Origin: Escherichia phage FP43 | DNA length: 64,000 nucleotides | Reading direction: 5' to 3' (one strand) | Sequence record: MN648445 | In this document: positions 38,700 to 48,206 of the stretch, piece after piece | How the letters are laid out: each line of letters opens with the position of its first letter | Numbering within the stretch: the stretch's first letter is position 1 | Program-made: the position numbers and the translations under genes | Notes under the pieces: generated by a model | The model's database searches: none | Seen by the model: only the letters and a program-made list of their open reading frames with translations | What the model was told of the DNA's origin: nothing

Positions 38700-39647
38700 A
38701 TGACACGTTCACATTACATTGAATACTTTGCCGGTCTTATCGCTAACGCTCACGCTCAACGTGCTATTGGTGCTTGGACTGATGTTCCACATAAAGGTGT
38801 GGTTTATAGTATTCTTCGTGATTTTCTTACATACACAGGCCAAGAAAATCATATCTGTAAAGATACTCAGAATGCGTATTCTCATTCATTAGGGACCCTG
38901 CTTCAATGGTTCAAACGTTCTCGTTTATTATCTTCTACTGTAGCTCGTGATAACATCAAAAACTTTATGAAGCCGAGCTTTATTAAATCTGTGACATCTA
39001 AAACCGATTTGGTTGAATTCACTATTGTTAATGATGTTAAAAAGACTCATTTGGCTGATTGGTTATCTACCATTCCTGAAACTAAATTTGCTGATAAATT
39101 TGCTTATGAATTCAATAACCAAGTGAATATGCTTTTTAAACATTCTCGTAAATTATTCACGGGCGGTGATGGTCGTACAAATAAAGTTCATGTTAAAGAT
39201 TGGGTTACTGCAGTATTCAAACCAACAGGTAATGGTAACGCATCATTGTCAATTGATATCCAGGTTCCTTATTACTACTCACGTAATCTCGGTACCATGA
39301 AAGCCGAAGAAATTAATAAGCACAACAAAACTATTCGTTCGTTGTCTTATAAACTTATTACATTGTTAGAGACTATGGATGTTGTTGAAACGTTCGACGA
39401 ATCCGAAGATAACGGTTCAATGTTATACAGTTCTCGCACCCGAATTAAGCTGAAGAACCCTAACGAGTATAAACTTAAGACTATTAAAGAACCTAAAGTA
39501 GAAAAAGTTGACAACTTGAGCGAAGAACGTGAATATCTCAAATCTCGTCTGAAAGAAGTCGAAGCCCAGATTAAAGAACAGACTAAATCGTTAAAAGCTC
39601 TGAATGCGAAAGCGGACGGTTTACGAAATGCCATTGAGGTGTTATAA
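38700..39647 (+). CDS. Hypothetical protein with C-terminal coiled coil (member 3)
   Basis: 315-aa ORF. Confidence 0.5.
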   Translation: MTRSHYIEYFAGLIANAHAQRAIGAWTDVPHKGVVYSILRDFLTYTGQENHICKDTQNAYSHSLGTLLQWFKRSRLLSSTVARDNIKNFMKPSFIKSVTSKTDLVEFTIVNDVKKTHLADWLSTIPETKFADKFAYEFNNQVNMLFKHSRKLFTGGDGRTNKVHVKDWVTAVFKPTGNGNASLSIDIQVPYYYSRNLGTMKAEEINKHNKTIRSLSYKLITLLETMDVVETFDESEDNGSMLYSSRTRIKLKNPNEYKLKTIKEPKVEKVDNLSEEREYLKSRLKEVEAQIKEQTKSLKALNAKADGLRNAIEVL

Positions 39648-39952
39648 TGAACCTACGTCTTCTAGAGGATATTGATATGAGCACTAATCATGGCTTAGTT
39701 AAGTTTATTGATGATAGTTCAAAGATTGAATTTGTCCAGCGAGATAAAATTCATGGTGAAGAAGAGTTCGTTCCTCCAGCATGGAACGAAATAATGAAAA
39801 TGGTTGAACGACGTGAAAATGCTGCCAAATCGGCAGCAAAACATCCGTGTCCGGAATGTGGAACTATCCAAGTCCAACTGGTTAACTGGACCAGTGATAA
39901 CTTGAAATTGAAATGCCGTAAATGCTTCCACAAATTTGAGAGAACATTATAA
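39647..39952 (+). CDS. Small zinc-ribbon protein
   Basis: 101 aa with CPECG ... CRKC. Confidence 0.45.
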   Translation: MNLRLLEDIDMSTNHGLVKFIDDSSKIEFVQRDKIHGEEEFVPPAWNEIMKMVERRENAAKSAAKHPCPECGTIQVQLVNWTSDNLKLKCRKCFHKFERTL

Positions 39953-40365
39953 TGAGATATAGCCTTCGTTGTTTTATTGCAGCTTTAGTTTTTGCCATTA
40001 TTCCATTCATTTGGAACAGCCAGAATACTTACATGGAAACTAAAGTAATTCCTGTGGAGGTAGTGGAATTAATCTCAGGCCAATCTACAGGAAAATATTC
40101 TAAATTAGAATTTATTGCAGTCTATAAAGACGAGCAAGGACGAGTTTTTGACAGACGTGTATCACCGTCGTTTTATACGCTTCTGAATAAAGGTGATACG
40201 ATAGCTATAGAAATTCGTGAGATGGATATCAAACAAACTACTAAAGATAACTTGATTTGGTTCTTTGGTACAGTGTTGTTGGTTTCTATCTGTATCACAG
40301 GTTTTATTACATGTATTGTATTTGGCATTGCATATTTAATCGATGAAAGGAAAAATAATGTTTAA
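39952..40365 (+). CDS. Membrane protein
   Basis: 137 aa with N- and C-terminal hydrophobic helices. Confidence 0.45.
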   Translation: MRYSLRCFIAALVFAIIPFIWNSQNTYMETKVIPVEVVELISGQSTGKYSKLEFIAVYKDEQGRVFDRRVSPSFYTLLNKGDTIAIEIREMDIKQTTKDNLIWFFGTVLLVSICITGFITCIVFGIAYLIDERKNNV

Positions 40366-40621
40366 AGTGTACGGGTATGACTCTACTATTCATAAATGCA
40401 TTTATTGTGATAATGCGAAACGATTGCTGACTGTTAAGAAACAGCCGTTCGAATTCATTAATGTTATGCCAGAAAAAGGTGTTTTTGATGATGAGAAAAT
40501 TGCTGAGCTTCTGGTTAAGCTTGGACGTGAATCACAAGTTGGATTGACTATGCCTCAAGTATTTGCTCCTGATGGAAGTCACATTGGTGGATTTGACCAA
40601 CTGCGAGAATATTTTAAATGA
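40358..40621 (+). CDS. nrdC: Glutaredoxin/thioredoxin NrdC
   Basis: 87 aa MFKVYGYDSTIHKCIYCDNAKRLL...; CxxC active site; recognised T4 NrdC pattern. Confidence 0.85.
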   Translation: MFKVYGYDSTIHKCIYCDNAKRLLTVKKQPFEFINVMPEKGVFDDEKIAELLVKLGRESQVGLTMPQVFAPDGSHIGGFDQLREYFK

Positions 40622-40914
40622 GTATTGATTTAACTTTCCCTGGCCCTTATGACCAGGGTGAATTAGAAGCTTTATTATATCAAGAAATGTGCTCTCGTGC
40701 CAAGAACGATATTCAGTATGCTATCGATAATCCATGGGGCGAATTTCGAGTAATGATGGGTAATCGAATCATCGGTGTCCAATGGCGATTCGTTGGCCTT
40801 GAGCCTGAGGACTATGAAGAAAACGAGCACGGTGACTGGATTCCTGTTGGTGAATATCACTGGGAATACGGTGGTCCTGATTTTGAAGTCTCTTGTTCAT
40901 GGGTAGAACAATAA
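40618..40914 (+). CDS. Hypothetical protein
   Basis: 98-aa ORF. Confidence 0.4.
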   Translation: MSIDLTFPGPYDQGELEALLYQEMCSRAKNDIQYAIDNPWGEFRVMMGNRIIGVQWRFVGLEPEDYEENEHGDWIPVGEYHWEYGGPDFEVSCSWVEQ

Positions 40915-40932
40915 CCTGCGAGAAAATTTTAA

Positions 40933-41289
40933 ATGACATATTCATTAAATCTTAAAGATTTCCAGGATGTATACGAAGTTTGTGCCAATGAACTTGGTCC
41001 TGATGCTCCAACTATTATTGAAGTTTTAAATGTGCTCCCTTCATCATTAGCTTACGAAGCCAAATCATGGGGTTGGAACGACACTGTAGTTCGTGATGAC
41101 CTTTACGTCCTGATGAACGATATGATGGTTAAAAAGGCAGAACCGGTTGCACCAATGGTTACCATTACCGTTGAAGAATATAATCGCCTGCAAGCCATTG
41201 AAGAGCTTCTGTGGAACATTGAATGTGACCTGCCGTCAGGGCTAGAATCCTGGATTGATTATGAAGAGCTCAATAAACTCCGGGGTTAA
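40933..41289 (+). CDS. Hypothetical protein
   Basis: 118-aa ORF. Confidence 0.4.
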   Translation: MTYSLNLKDFQDVYEVCANELGPDAPTIIEVLNVLPSSLAYEAKSWGWNDTVVRDDLYVLMNDMMVKKAEPVAPMVTITVEEYNRLQAIEELLWNIECDLPSGLESWIDYEELNKLRG

Positions 41290-41417
41290 ACCGTGGTATT
41301 CTGCTCGATGGGAGACTGTCGAGCCAGACGTCGAAACGGTTTACAACGACGAAGAACCATGTTATGATGAACCTTCAATAAATGAATTAATTGATATGGA
41401 AATGGGAAGAGATTATT

Positions 41418-41588
41418 ATGCAAGTTAAATTATTGTACCGTTTATTAAAAAATGGCAAGCATGATTGGTATTTGCTTATTAAAACCGATCCGAATTTTTT
41501 CTCTGGACAACCGTTTACAGTTCGTCCTACTAAACGTCAGCTTCGCAAAGCTAAACGTTCTCATCGTAACTTTTATAGAGAATATTGA
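41418..41588 (+). CDS. Small basic hypothetical protein
   Basis: 56-aa ORF from ATG 41418. Confidence 0.35.
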   Translation: MQVKLLYRLLKNGKHDWYLLIKTDPNFFSGQPFTVRPTKRQLRKAKRSHRNFYREY

Positions 41589-41589
41589 T

Positions 41590-42003
41590 ATGAATATTTC
41601 TGAAACTCGCGGTAAATGGTTCAAGATTGTTAAAGAAGACGAAGAACTACAAGTCAAGTTTCCTGAATTAAAGAAAGGAACAATCATCAAGGTAATTGGT
41701 ACTACTACCGAAGATGGTTATGGCGACCATGGCATTATCGAAGTGATGTTGAACACAGGTGAGAAACTTTGCATCTATGACCGTGATACTTCTCTTTGGT
41801 GCTTCTGGGAATCCCATTCAATAGATGAACTCGAAGAAATTGACCAAGTAGTTTGTGATGGTGGACTTGGTGAATTCGAAGGTGAACGTATTTCTTATGC
41901 TTTAGCTAAATTAGCTTGTCAAGAAAATAATGACGGTTATGAAGGTAATCTGATGCAAGCCGCAGCGGAATACATTGAATATTTAGAAAGACGTTTAAGT
42001 TAA
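41590..42003 (+). CDS. Hypothetical protein (T4 pin position; not verified)
   Basis: 137-aa ORF from ATG 41590; followed by weak hairpin. Confidence 0.4.
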   Translation: MNISETRGKWFKIVKEDEELQVKFPELKKGTIIKVIGTTTEDGYGDHGIIEVMLNTGEKLCIYDRDTSLWCFWESHSIDELEEIDQVVCDGGLGEFEGERISYALAKLACQENNDGYEGNLMQAAAEYIEYLERRLS

Positions 42004-42038
42004 TAAATACCCTTATCTATTTAAGGTAAGGGTTTATT

Positions 42039-42512
42039 ATGTTATTATCTGGCAAATTATACAAAGAAGAAAAACAAAAATTTTATGATGCACAGAACGG
42101 TAAGTGTCCTATTTGCCACCGTGAATTAGACCCTGATGTTCAAGGTAACCATCTTGACCACGACCATGAATTAAACGGGCCAAAAGCTGGTAAGGTTCGT
42201 GGTTTACTATGTAACCTGTGCAATGCAGCAGAAGGTCAAATGAAGCATAAGTTCAACCGTTCTGGTCTTAAAGGTCAAAACGTTGATTACCTCGAATGGC
42301 TTGAAGCTCTTCTTGCTTATTTGAAACAAGACTATTCTGATAATAATGTCCATCCTAATTTTGTTCCAGACAAAACTAAAGAGTTCTCAAGACTAGGTAA
42401 AGAGGAAATGATGACCGAGATGCTTCAAAGAGGATTTGAATATAATGAATCTGATACTAAAACACAATTAATAGCTTCATTCAAAAAGCAGCTTAGAAAG
42501 AGTTTAAAATGA
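42039..42512 (+). CDS. 49: Endonuclease VII (Holliday-junction resolvase)
   Basis: 157 aa MLLSGKLYKEEKQKFYDAQNGKCPICHREL...HLDHDH...; recognised T4 gp49 pattern. Confidence 0.88.
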   Translation: MLLSGKLYKEEKQKFYDAQNGKCPICHRELDPDVQGNHLDHDHELNGPKAGKVRGLLCNLCNAAEGQMKHKFNRSGLKGQNVDYLEWLEALLAYLKQDYSDNNVHPNFVPDKTKEFSRLGKEEMMTEMLQRGFEYNESDTKTQLIASFKKQLRKSLK

Positions 42513-44326
42513 AAATTGAAAAAGAAATTGAAGGATTAATTTATAAAACTAATAAAGATCTTTTGAACGAGAATGCTAATAAAGATTCTCGTGTTTTTCC
42601 AACTCAACGGGACCTTATGGCTGGTATTGTGTCTAAGCACATTGCCAAAAATATGGTCCCGTCTTTTATTATGAATGCGCATGAAAGCGGAATCATTCAT
42701 ATGCATGATATTGATTATTCTCCTGCTCTTCCATTTACTAATTGTTGTTTAGTCGATTTAAAGGGGATGCTTGAGAACGGATTTAAATTAGGCAATGCTC
42801 AAATTGAAACGCCTAAATCGATTGGTGTTGCTACTGCAATTATGGCACAAATTACTGCACAGGTTGCTTCACATCAATACGGCGGAACGACTTTTGCTAA
42901 TGTAGATAAAGTACTTTCTCCTTATGTTAAACGTACATACGCTAAACATGTTGAAGATGCAGAAAAATGGCAAATCGCTGATGCGTTGAATTATGCTCAA
43001 TCTAAAACAGAAAAAGACGTATACGATGCATTCCAAGCTTATGAATATGAAGTAAATACTCTTTTTAGTTCAAACGGGCAAACGCCTTTTGTAACAATTA
43101 CATTTGGTACGGGAACCGATTGGACCGAACGAATGATTCAGAAGGCAATTCTTAAAAACCGCATTAAAGGTCTTGGTCGTGATGGAATAACTCCTATTTT
43201 TCCTAAACTTGTTATGTTTGTTGAAGAAGGTGTTAATCTTTATAAAGATGATCCAAACTATGATATTAAACAACTTGCGTTAGAATGTGCAAGCAAAAGA
43301 ATGTATCCTGACATTATTTCGGTTAAGAATAATAAAGCTATTACCGGTTCTTCAGTTCCGGTTTCTCCAATGGGTTGCCGTAGTTTCTTGAGCGTATGGA
43401 AAGATTCGACTGGTAATGAAATTCTTGATGGACGTAATAATCTTGGTGTTGTAACACTGAATCTTCCTCGCATCGCGTTAGATTCTTATATTGGAACACA
43501 GTTCAATGAACAGAAATTTGTTGAGCTATTTAATGAACGAATGGATCTGTGCTTTGAAGCCTTGATGTGCAGAATTAGTTCTTTAAAGGGCGTTAAAGCG
43601 ACTGTTGCTCCTATTCTTTACCAAGAAGGTGCATTCGGGGTTCGTCTTAAACCTGACGACGATATAATTGAGATATTTAAAAACGGTAGAAGTTCAGTGT
43701 CTTTAGGATACATTGGTATTCATGAATTGAATATTCTTGTTGGTCGTGATATTGGACAAGAAATTTTAACTAAAATGAATGCTCATCTTAAACAGTGGAC
43801 CGAAAGAACTGGATTTGCTTTTAGCTTATATTCTACTCCTGCTGAAAACCTTTGTTATCGCTTCTGTAAACTTGATACAGAAAAATATGGAAGTGTAAAA
43901 GATGTCACTGATAAAGGCTGGTACACTAACAGTTTCCATGTTTCAGTAGAAGAAAATATTACTCCGTTTGAAAAAATTTCTCGTGAAGCGCCATATCATT
44001 TCATTGCGACAGGTGGTCACATTTCTTATGTTGAACTTCCTGATATGAAAAATAACTTAAAAGGACTTGAGGCTGTCTGGGATTATGCTGCACAACATTT
44101 AGATTATTTTGGTGTTAATATGCCAGTGGATAAATGTTTTACATGCGGAAGTACTCATGAAATGACTCCTACTGAAAACGGATTTGTTTGTTCAGTTTGT
44201 GGAGAAACTGATCCTAAAAAGATGAACACCATAAGAAGAACATGCGGTTATTTGGGAAATCCGAACGAGCGCGGATTTAATCTAGGCAAAAATAAAGAAA
44301 TCATGCATAGGGTTAAACACCAATGA
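42509..44326 (+). CDS. nrdD: Anaerobic ribonucleoside-triphosphate reductase NrdD
   Basis: 605 aa, contiguous with no intron; C-terminal glycyl-radical motif RRTCGY. Confidence 0.88.
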   Translation: MKIEKEIEGLIYKTNKDLLNENANKDSRVFPTQRDLMAGIVSKHIAKNMVPSFIMNAHESGIIHMHDIDYSPALPFTNCCLVDLKGMLENGFKLGNAQIETPKSIGVATAIMAQITAQVASHQYGGTTFANVDKVLSPYVKRTYAKHVEDAEKWQIADALNYAQSKTEKDVYDAFQAYEYEVNTLFSSNGQTPFVTITFGTGTDWTERMIQKAILKNRIKGLGRDGITPIFPKLVMFVEEGVNLYKDDPNYDIKQLALECASKRMYPDIISVKNNKAITGSSVPVSPMGCRSFLSVWKDSTGNEILDGRNNLGVVTLNLPRIALDSYIGTQFNEQKFVELFNERMDLCFEALMCRISSLKGVKATVAPILYQEGAFGVRLKPDDDIIEIFKNGRSSVSLGYIGIHELNILVGRDIGQEILTKMNAHLKQWTERTGFAFSLYSTPAENLCYRFCKLDTEKYGSVKDVTDKGWYTNSFHVSVEENITPFEKISREAPYHFIATGGHISYVELPDMKNNLKGLEAVWDYAAQHLDYFGVNMPVDKCFTCGSTHEMTPTENGFVCSVCGETDPKKMNTIRRTCGYLGNPNERGFNLGKNKEIMHRVKHQ

Positions 44327-44793
44327 ATTATGATAGATTTTATCCTTGCGATTTTGTGAATGGCCCTGGTTGTAGGGTCGTTCTTTTCGTTACAGGGTGT
44401 TTGCATAAATGCGAAGGGTGTTATAATAAATCAACATGGAATGCTAGAAATGGTGTTCCATTCACTGGTGAAACACTAGAACAATTAATTGAATGTTTGA
44501 ATAATGATTATATAGAAGGATTGACTATAACTGGAGGAGACCCTCTCTATCCTGATAACCGAGATGTTATTCATTGCATTGTCCAAACAGTAAAAAATCT
44601 TTATCCCAGTAAAAGCATTTGGTTGTGGACAGGATACAAGTTTGAAGATATTAAACAACTAGAAATGCTTAAATATGTTGATGTTATTATTGATGGGAAG
44701 TATGAGAAAAATCTTCCGACCAAAAAGCTGTGGCGAGGATCAGATAATCAGCGACTTTGGTCAAATACCGATGGGGTGTGGAAACATGATTAA
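44323..44793 (+). CDS. nrdG: Anaerobic RNR activating radical-SAM protein NrdG
   Basis: 156 aa with CLHKCEGC (Cx3Cx2C) motif. Confidence 0.85.
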   Translation: MNYDRFYPCDFVNGPGCRVVLFVTGCLHKCEGCYNKSTWNARNGVPFTGETLEQLIECLNNDYIEGLTITGGDPLYPDNRDVIHCIVQTVKNLYPSKSIWLWTGYKFEDIKQLEMLKYVDVIIDGKYEKNLPTKKLWRGSDNQRLWSNTDGVWKHD

Positions 44794-44903
44794 ATTGAAT
44801 TACATTATGGATACTATAAATGATATGATTTTTCGTTTTGGTCCAGAATTTTATTCACAATATAGTTTAATGATTATCAATGCTTAGTTAATTAAGGGTA
44901 AAT

Positions 44904-45119
44904 ATGTACAAATTTCGTAAAGGTTTAGCTGATTTTCTTACAACTGTAACGTTCTTTTTGTTTATGGCAGTTGGAGCTATTTTTCTTATTCCTTTTACTG
45001 GTGTATTTTTCGTGATTAGTTTAATTTCTCCAGAAAAAGGTTTATCCTCCAGCGAATTCAATGAACGTTTGGACAAAATTACTAATAAACTGAATTCTGT
45101 TCTTGATAAAAAGGCTTAA
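44904..45119 (+). CDS. Small membrane protein
   Basis: 71 aa with two hydrophobic helices. Confidence 0.4.
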   Translation: MYKFRKGLADFLTTVTFFLFMAVGAIFLIPFTGVFFVISLISPEKGLSSSEFNERLDKITNKLNSVLDKKA

Positions 45120-45121
45120 TT

Positions 45122-45439
45122 ATGATTAGTTTTGAGCGGTATGTGGTAGAGAGTTGGAAGGGTTTTGATATGTTCGGTAATGACTATTATTTTTACGAAT
45201 GTAATCTAAATCCTAGTTTTTGGGCTGGACGTGAACGAGATCTAGAAGAAATTAATGCTCGTGCCGAATTGTTAGGTGAATTGCCTACGGTTTATTTTAC
45301 CTTTGATGCATCTGGATTTGTTATCCAGGTTTATTTTCCTGAAGAAAACTCTGGTGAGGATTCTGTTAATCCTCCTTATTGGGCTTACCAAGGAATTATT
45401 TCTCGTGGAACAAAACTCGAACTTAAAGAACAAGATTGA
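45122..45439 (+). CDS. Hypothetical protein
   Basis: 105-aa ORF. Confidence 0.45.
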   Translation: MISFERYVVESWKGFDMFGNDYYFYECNLNPSFWAGRERDLEEINARAELLGELPTVYFTFDASGFVIQVYFPEENSGEDSVNPPYWAYQGIISRGTKLELKEQD

Positions 45440-45728
45440 AATCTATGGCATCCCTGAAGAAGTAGGACGTTGTCCAGGATGTTATGCTGTTACAAAACTT
45501 TTAAAGGATCTCAATGCTCCTTATACATTTTATAAAGTCCTCACTAATAATGGTAAGATTGAATATGACCGTCCTTTAATCGTATCTCTTGCTAAACGTG
45601 CAGGATTCACTTCACTTAATATTCGTTATCCTGTCATATTTTTAAATGATAAGAAACAAAAGAATATTGCAGAGTTTAAAAAGTCCTTGATTTCATTAGG
45701 ATATGACTCTGATATCATAGAAGATTGA
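45405..45728 (+). CDS. nrdH: Glutaredoxin-like protein (nrdH-like); start codon uncertain (GTG at 45405 assumed)
   Basis: CPGC thioredoxin-fold motif in ...KIEIYGIPEEVGRCPGCYAV...; no in-frame ATG near the N-terminus. Confidence 0.55.
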   Translation: MEQNSNLKNKIEIYGIPEEVGRCPGCYAVTKLLKDLNAPYTFYKVLTNNGKIEYDRPLIVSLAKRAGFTSLNIRYPVIFLNDKKQKNIAEFKKSLISLGYDSDIIED

Positions 45729-45837
45729 CCAGGTGCCGCCTGGTCTTCTTTATCTCATTTCTAATATAATCCATTGGAATCTTCACTTCACTATCTCCTT
45801 GTGCCCCTCTCAACTCAAAAATATTTTTCATAAAACA

Positions 45838-45866
45838 GTTTACATCCTCGATAGATATGTTAAGAT
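45838..45866 (+). promoter_or_regulatory. Early-type promoter
   Basis: GTTTAC 45838..45843, TAAGAT at 17-nt spacing. Confidence 0.4.
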
Positions 45867-45894
45867 TAAACCATCTGCTATAGAGGAAAACAAA

Positions 45895-46077
45895 ATGACA
45901 ATTGAAGATAAAGAAATTAAGGTTGACCAGTACTATTCTGTCAACGGTAATGCAGTACAGATAACCAGAGTTTCAAGCCTGGATGTTTGGTACCGTTCAA
46001 TCAAATATTCGGAAATTGGTGAAATGCTTTGTGACCGTGGTATCTTCTGTTCAATTGCAAAGGAAATTAAACCATGA
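45895..46077 (+). CDS. Small hypothetical protein
   Basis: 60-aa ORF with GAGGAAAA RBS. Confidence 0.4.
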   Translation: MTIEDKEIKVDQYYSVNGNAVQITRVSSLDVWYRSIKYSEIGEMLCDRGIFCSIAKEIKP

Positions 46078-46322
46078 TTAGTTTAGACTCAAAGAAAGTT
46101 GTTCTAACCCTTAAAGTTAATGACGAGCGACTGGTATTCATTACCATTTCCGATTTGCATGTTGAAATTGCTAATGGCGTTCGTACTTATCAAACGTCTA
46201 AAACTCATTGGGACTATATCCCAATGTTGACGCTTACTCAGCGTTTAGAATCAATCGGACTTAAAGACCTTTCAGTAAGTGAAGTGAATTTTATCAAACG
46301 CATTGTATCAATCAACCTCTGA
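46074..46322 (+). CDS. Hypothetical protein
   Basis: 82-aa ORF with ATGA overlap. Confidence 0.4.
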   Translation: MISLDSKKVVLTLKVNDERLVFITISDLHVEIANGVRTYQTSKTHWDYIPMLTLTQRLESIGLKDLSVSEVNFIKRIVSINL

Positions 46323-46329
46323 GGTACTT

Positions 46330-46623
46330 ATGGGTAAAACATATCGTCGTAAAGATTTGAAAGTTCGCGATTACGACTATTTTGGTAAGCGTAAAGCTCC
46401 TGACGGTGTTAGCCACAAAGACATGGTTGAAAACATCTTCCGCTCAGATAAATGGAAACGTATGAAAGGTGTTGATTCTGAAGTCAAGAATGAAATGAAT
46501 CGACAACTCCGCAAAGAAGTTCGTAAGTTGAAAAAAGATGTTTACAGTAAAGAAGAGTATGATTATAATACTTCTCATACTGAAGCCAAACGTAAAGCTA
46601 ACGAATGTTATCGTTACAGTTGA
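46330..46623 (+). CDS. Basic hypothetical protein
   Basis: 97-aa Lys/Arg-rich ORF. Confidence 0.4.
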   Translation: MGKTYRRKDLKVRDYDYFGKRKAPDGVSHKDMVENIFRSDKWKRMKGVDSEVKNEMNRQLRKEVRKLKKDVYSKEEYDYNTSHTEAKRKANECYRYS

Positions 46624-46630
46624 GGAAATT

Positions 46631-46765
46631 ATGAATATTAAACGAATGCTTTTTAAGCAAGGATTATATACTTTAAATGTTAATCCAAAGGGTGATACAA
46701 CTAAATGGTCTGTAAATGACTGGATTAAGTTCATCGATGAAAATGGGGCGTGGAACACAAAATGA
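46631..46765 (+). CDS. Small hypothetical protein
   Basis: 44-aa ORF with GAGGAAA RBS. Confidence 0.3.
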   Translation: MNIKRMLFKQGLYTLNVNPKGDTTKWSVNDWIKFIDENGAWNTK

Positions 46766-46962
46766 ATCCTGAATCTATGTTATCGCAAAAGCTTCGTGAA
46801 GAACGTGCAGAATTCTTTGCCAATATGAAACTCAACGGCGTTGAGGATGAAGACTTCTTACGCTGGTTCTGGATTTACAAATACAAAGAATGCCAGCACG
46901 CTGTACTATTGACTTGTGCAGCTATGTACGAAGGCTGGAAAGGCGCTAAAAAGTTCGGTTAA
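46762..46962 (+). CDS. Small hypothetical protein
   Basis: 66-aa ORF with ATGA overlap. Confidence 0.35.
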   Translation: MNPESMLSQKLREERAEFFANMKLNGVEDEDFLRWFWIYKYKECQHAVLLTCAAMYEGWKGAKKFG

Positions 46963-46965
46963 TAA

Positions 46966-47003
46966 TGTACAACGATAGGAAGACATGTTATTATCTTCCT
47001 ATC
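46966..47003 (+). promoter_or_regulatory. Early promoter cassette (GATAGGAAGA / TCTTCCTATC arms)
   Basis: TGTACA 46966..46971, TATTAT 46989..46994. Confidence 0.55.
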
Positions 47004-47025
47004 GTCTTAAAATGAGGAAAATATC

Positions 47026-47265
47026 ATGGCCCAAGAATTAGATTTTATCAAATTCAAAAAACACCTCGACGTTAAAATTGGGAATTCAATTGTTAGGATT
47101 GAGTATGACATTTTAACAGATGCTATTACTGTTAGTTGTGATGGAAATAGTTTCAGCTTCGATACAACCGAAAACAAATACCCAATCTATAAAGGCATCT
47201 TTGATATGGGTGTTGATATTACTCCACGTGATACAAATTACTTACTTTTCATGCTTAAAAAATAA
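47026..47265 (+). CDS. Hypothetical protein
   Basis: 79-aa ORF with GAGGAAAA RBS. Confidence 0.4.
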   Translation: MAQELDFIKFKKHLDVKIGNSIVRIEYDILTDAITVSCDGNSFSFDTTENKYPIYKGIFDMGVDITPRDTNYLLFMLKK

Positions 47266-47301
47266 TATACAAACTCTTGAGAGATGAGTATAATTCTCTC
47301 G
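47266..47301 (+). promoter_or_regulatory. Early promoter cassette, near-identical to 17363..17399
   Basis: ACAAACTCTTGAGAG..GAGTATAAT..CTCTCGTTGGATAATAA shared with 17363 copy; TATAAT 47289..47294. Confidence 0.6.
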
Positions 47302-47331
47302 TTGGATAATAAAATAACCGAGGAAAATAAT

Positions 47332-47664
47332 ATGTCTACTAAAATCAAAAACGTAGTTAATTCTTTCGCTTTCGATAAAGTTGTTGCTCTTCTGGAATCC
47401 GGCAATATTGTTACTCCTCAAGTTCTTGACGCGTGGGAATTCCGTCTTTATGAAATCATGCAAAAACACGACCAGAAAATTGGACGTAATTCTATTCGTG
47501 AAATTCTAGTACAATATATTCTTTCTGAATTTGACGTTGCTGCATTTGGTGTTGAATCTAAAGCTTATCAGAAACATGAAATCTCTGAAAAGACTATCCG
47601 TCGTATGAAAAATCAACGTAAGAAAAAATTCGTTGACCTTAAAATTGTTAAGGCGGTAAAATGA
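47332..47664 (+). CDS. Hypothetical protein
   Basis: 110-aa ORF from ATG 47332. Confidence 0.45.
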   Translation: MSTKIKNVVNSFAFDKVVALLESGNIVTPQVLDAWEFRLYEIMQKHDQKIGRNSIREILVQYILSEFDVAAFGVESKAYQKHEISEKTIRRMKNQRKKKFVDLKIVKAVK

Positions 47665-47888
47665 GCGTATTAACAGAAACTTTGATTAATGACCTGCGTC
47701 TAGCTGGTTACGAAGTTGGTACAAATAGCCTAGGTCTTCCTCAGATTGAAGGTCCTGGATTTATTCTAGAATACGAATTCAAACAATGGTGGTTATATGC
47801 TACGGTTGACGATGCGTTGAATATTGATTTCGTTGACCAATTTGATTCGCTGGATGCTGCCTTATTTGCAGCAAAGGAACTAGAATGA
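47661..47888 (+). CDS. Hypothetical protein
   Basis: 75-aa ORF with ATGA overlap. Confidence 0.4.
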   Translation: MSVLTETLINDLRLAGYEVGTNSLGLPQIEGPGFILEYEFKQWWLYATVDDALNIDFVDQFDSLDAALFAAKELE

Positions 47889-48154
47889 AATTAACTCGAA
47901 TCAGTATAACTGAAGAAAAGCTGGGCGAATTTTACGTCGACAACTTTATGAAAGTTACGTATTTTCCATTTGTTAAAGGTGTCGGTTTTTGGGAACCTCA
48001 TGTATCTCAATTAAACGAAGGCGACTATAACGAAACACATGAGAACTTTTTAGATTTTCTTTATGGAGCTGGATTAACCGAGCTTTATATTGATATACAT
48101 GAGTTCAAACGTTTAATGGAAAAAGTATTCCAGGCGTATTGTTTGCTCCGATAG
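47885..48154 (+). CDS. Hypothetical protein
   Basis: 89-aa ORF with ATGA overlap. Confidence 0.4.
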   Translation: MKLTRISITEEKLGEFYVDNFMKVTYFPFVKGVGFWEPHVSQLNEGDYNETHENFLDFLYGAGLTELYIDIHEFKRLMEKVFQAYCLLR

Positions 48155-48161
48155 TATCTCG

Positions 48162-48206
48162 TGCTTTAAGATAGGTCTCTAAATATTATGATATAATAGA
48201 CCTATG
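48162..48206 (+). promoter_or_regulatory. Promoter region for gene 55 (MotA-box-like TGCTTTA plus TATTAT/TATAAT, with ATAGGTCT / AGACCTAT inverted repeat)
   Basis: TGCTTTA 48162..48168; A/T-rich -10 candidates 48184..48198. Confidence 0.45.

Noticed and set aside
42509-44326. Possible group I intron or homing endonuclease in nrdD, as in T4
   Set aside because: nrdD reads as one uninterrupted 605-aa ORF, and I found no GIY-YIG or HNH endonuclease-like ORF in or next to it.
45276-45431. N-terminal 50 residues of the long ORF-track entry 45276..45728
   Set aside because: This Leu-rich segment overlaps the well-formed 45122..45439 ORF in another frame and begins with a non-ATG codon; only the C-terminal glutaredoxin part is taken as coding.
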